A DNA stretch of 63,758 nt, the filler included. It is 6 parts of 6 records of this genome, joined end to end, with 100 filler letters (N's around TTAATTAATTAA, not from the genome) between each part and the next. Parts side by side here need not be neighbours in the genome. Positions count along the whole stretch, not along the records: positions 54,767 to 63,758 come from SRR20825010_310; 5 more parts are not named here. One strand, 5' to 3'. Position 1 is the first letter of the stretch, and every line of letters begins with the position of its first letter. Below, piece after piece: positions 61,526 through 63,758 of this stretch. The notes beneath the pieces were generated by a model. The model had not been told where the DNA came from. It worked only from the letters and a program-made list of their open reading frames with translations, and did no database searches. The position numbers were made by a program, and so were the translations under genes.

Positions 61526-62308
61526 ATGGTCTTTTGCCATGCAGACGTATTCCAGGATGGTATGCACATGGCTCGCGCCAAACACAGGAGAGTGGGGAGG
61601 ACAATTCGGCGTAAGGCTGAAGCCGTTTCCGCTCGTCTGCGTTCTGAAGTGCAGATTGCTGGTACTCATCTGACTAAGTTCCTTCGTAAATCGAAAAAAT
61701 CTCTAACCCCCAGCTTCCAGCTTTTCCATGACCCAAGTCGTTCGCCAACATGGCGCAATGGCGTGCGGCTCTGGTCGCGTCTCACGTTGCTGATGAGTGA
61801 GGGCTATAATTTCGACGAGTTCTACAGCACACAGATTGGCAACGGCACAGCGGTATCGCGCGCAGGTTCAGGCAAGTATGATCACTTGTCCAACCGCTCA
61901 TTGCTGGTGATGGTCCATAATTTGGAAGACAGTGAACGCGGCGCATTGGCAATGCGCGAGCTTGCTGCCCGTGCGGTGCATCTCGCAGTCTATCGTCAGG
62001 CCGCGTTGGGCGCCGCCGATGCCATGATCCGGCAGAATGCGCAGCCTGCCGAGCGGGTTGCAGGCGAGGTGCCGGTTTCCAGCATTCACGAGCGTTGGCA
62101 CCGCGAAATCGAGACCGCTTTTGCCTCGGTGCGTGAGCCCGAGCCCGATCTCGAACGTCATATTGCCGAACTGAGCGTCAAGCCGGAGAAGAAGCCTGCG
62201 CTCAAAGAGGTGTCACATAAGGCCAATTCGCCGGTGGTCGTCGATTATGCCAGTTTCAACCGTGCGCTCCCCGAGATTCTGCCTTATCGCGCCAGCACCC
62301 GTCATTAA
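61526..62308 (+). CDS. Hypothetical protein (basic N-terminus, no recognised family)
   Basis: 260-codon ORF filling the gap, GGAG upstream; start uncertain. Confidence 0.65.
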   Translation: MVFCHADVFQDGMHMARAKHRRVGRTIRRKAEAVSARLRSEVQIAGTHLTKFLRKSKKSLTPSFQLFHDPSRSPTWRNGVRLWSRLTLLMSEGYNFDEFYSTQIGNGTAVSRAGSGKYDHLSNRSLLVMVHNLEDSERGALAMRELAARAVHLAVYRQAALGAADAMIRQNAQPAERVAGEVPVSSIHERWHREIETAFASVREPEPDLERHIAELSVKPEKKPALKEVSHKANSPVVVDYASFNRALPEILPYRASTRH

Positions 62309-62374
62309 AACAAGTTGAACAAGGGTTTGTGCCCCCCTGTGGCAATCAAACCGGCTGTTTTCGCGCGCATACCC

Positions 62375-62402
62375 TTGACGCGGGACCTATTTCCCTTATA
62401 AA
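62375..62402 (+). promoter_or_regulatory. Putative sigma-70 promoter of rpmI-rplT
   Basis: TTGACG-N16-TATAAA followed by GC-rich discriminator CCGCGCC. Confidence 0.6.
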
Positions 62403-62529
62403 TCCGCGCCTTCGGGACGACCCGGCCATGAAGGGCATGCCGTGATCGTCCGAAATGCCAAGACTGGCCCCATTTTCCTTGTGTTTTCAAGGTCTTCAGC
62501 GAATGGGGCTGACCCAAAAGGAGAGCAAA

Positions 62530-62730
62530 ATGCCCAAGTTGAAGACGAAGAGCGGTACCAAAAAGCGCTTCAGGCTTACCGCTTCAGGAAAAGTGAAACG
62601 TGGTCAGGCTGGCAAACGCCACATGATGATCCGTCGGTCCAACAAGCAGATCCGCAACAAGCGCGGCACAACGATCATGTCCCCAGTGGATGCGGCGCGT
62701 GTGCTTCGTTACTTCATGCCCAACGCGTGA
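62530..62730 (+). CDS. rpmI: 50S ribosomal protein L35
   Basis: [31 protein letters not shown]. Confidence 0.98.
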   Translation: MPKLKTKSGTKKRFRLTASGKVKRGQAGKRHMMIRRSNKQIRNKRGTTIMSPVDAARVLRYFMPNA

Positions 62731-62773
62731 AGCCCCGGAATCTGTACAGGAACACCTGAAGAGGAATTGAACC

Positions 62774-63130
62774 ATGTCGCGCGTTAAACGGGGCGTTACC
62801 ACCCACGCCCGCCACCGCAAAGTTATCAAGGCAGCGAAGGGCTTTTACGGCCGTCGCAAGAATACCTTCCGTATTGCCAATCAGGCAGTGGAGAAGGCCG
62901 GCCAATACGCCTATCGCGATCGTCGCACCAAGAAGCGCAATTTCCGCTCGCTCTGGATCCAGCGCATCAATGCCGCGACACGCGAGCATGGCCTGACCTA
63001 TGGTCGATTTATTGACGGCCTCAGCAAGGCTGGCATCGAGGTTGACCGCAAGGTGCTCTCGGATATCGCCATCCACGAGCCTGAGGCCTTTAAGGCCCTG
63101 GTCGATAAGGCCCAGGCAGCGCTCGCTTAA
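62774..63130 (+). CDS. rplT: 50S ribosomal protein L20
   Basis: [27 protein letters not shown]. Confidence 0.99.
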   Translation: MSRVKRGVTTHARHRKVIKAAKGFYGRRKNTFRIANQAVEKAGQYAYRDRRTKKRNFRSLWIQRINAATREHGLTYGRFIDGLSKAGIEVDRKVLSDIAIHEPEAFKALVDKAQAALA

Positions 63131-63301
63131 TTCGAGCCTGCTGCCCTTTACCTGACCCTTCAGGGCCGATACACCCGTCGGGACCCGCGCGTTTACGCGC
63201 GGGTCTGACCGGGGTGGGGCGGACCAGCTATTCTCATGTCAGTTCCCTTGCCACCGAGACGGGTTCCCGCGCTTGGCGACATTTGACGTTTGAGAAAGCT
63301 C

Positions 63302-63758
63302 ATGACGGATATTCAGGATCTCCCGAAACTCGAAGCGGACATTACGGCGGCCATTGCCGATGCCACTGACGAACCAACGCTCGAAGCGGTGCGTGTGGCC
63401 GCTCTTGGCAAAAAAGGCTCAGTCTCTGAGCTCATGAAGGGCCTCGGTGGCATGAGCGCCGAGGAACGCCAGACGGCAGGCCCCGCGCTCAATGGTTTGA
63501 AAACCCGTCTCACTGACGCGCTCGCTGCCCGCAAGGCCGAACTAGCCGAAGCCGCGCTCGAGGCCCGCCTCGCCCATGAAAAAATCGACGTGACCTTGCC
63601 AGTGCGCGAAAACGCCACCGACGAAGGTCGCATCCATCCGCTTTCTCAAGTGTTGGATGAAGTCATTTCGATCTTCGCCGATATGGGCTTTGCCTATGAG
63701 CAGGGACCGGACATCGAAACGGATCATTACAATTTCACCGCGCTGAACTTCCCCGAAG
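63302..63758 (+). CDS. pheS: Phenylalanine--tRNA ligase alpha subunit, 3' truncated (absent from ORF track)
   Basis: Hand translation [50 protein letters not shown]. Confidence 0.97.
   Translation, partial: MTDIQDLPKLEADITAAIADATDEPTLEAVRVAALGKKGSVSELMKGLGGMSAEERQTAGPALNGLKTRLTDALAARKAELAEAALEARLAHEKIDVTLPVRENATDEGRIHPLSQVLDEVISIFADMGFAYEQGPDIETDHYNFTALNFPE

Noticed and set aside
63236..63286. pheM-like leader peptide before pheS
   Set aside because: Short ORF MSVPLPPRRVPALGDI has no Phe codons and no SD

Overview
This window is not one locus. It is six unrelated bacterial contigs joined by artificial 100-nt spacers (44 N + TTAATTAATTAA + 44 N), so gene neighbourhoods across spacers mean nothing. 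Taxonomic labels below are inferred from gene content, composition and remembered protein similarity. (1) 1-7857, Flavobacteriaceae-like: OM beta-barrel end, M23-MerR-LemA-TPM-TPM operon, alaS, GSCFA, DUF4230. (2) 7958-11207, Rhodobacterales-like: FAD oxidoreductase end, an unannotated 33-aa ORF, RbsD/FucU, two membrane hypotheticals, acyl-CoA thioesterase, cold-shock protein. (3) 11308-26401, Alcanivorax-like: sigma54-driven atzF-uca-gntR-urtA urea operon, patatin, AKR plus FAD oxidoreductase, waaA, tolC, thiC. (4) 26502-49315, Marinobacter-like: metQ, 1-Cys peroxiredoxin, several transporters, fghA, degenerate HD-GYP/GGDEF pair, Aer-like chemoreceptor, TRAP plus acyl-CoA catabolic cluster. 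(5) 49416-54666, Rhizobiales-like: HpyO-like flavoprotein, LysR, TRAP dctPQM, two CMD/AhpD proteins. (6) 54767-63758, alphaproteobacterium (Parvibaculum-like): hydrolase, GT4, truncated GT9-like, infC with ATA start, GDPD, LLM monooxygenase, I78 lipoprotein, two ORFans sharing a motif, rpmI-rplT-pheS. I found no CRISPR array, rRNA, tRNA, transposase, prophage or recognisable defence system, and I cannot demonstrate a wholly new system. Best leads: the HpyO-like/TRAP/CMD cluster, the 33-aa peptide ending FTDWAAF, REP repeats translated inside proteins (GSCFA, WaaA), the two ORFans with a shared 29-aa motif (one behind CtrA-like and DnaA boxes), a thiC with no TPP riboswitch, and two apparent pseudo-enzymes.
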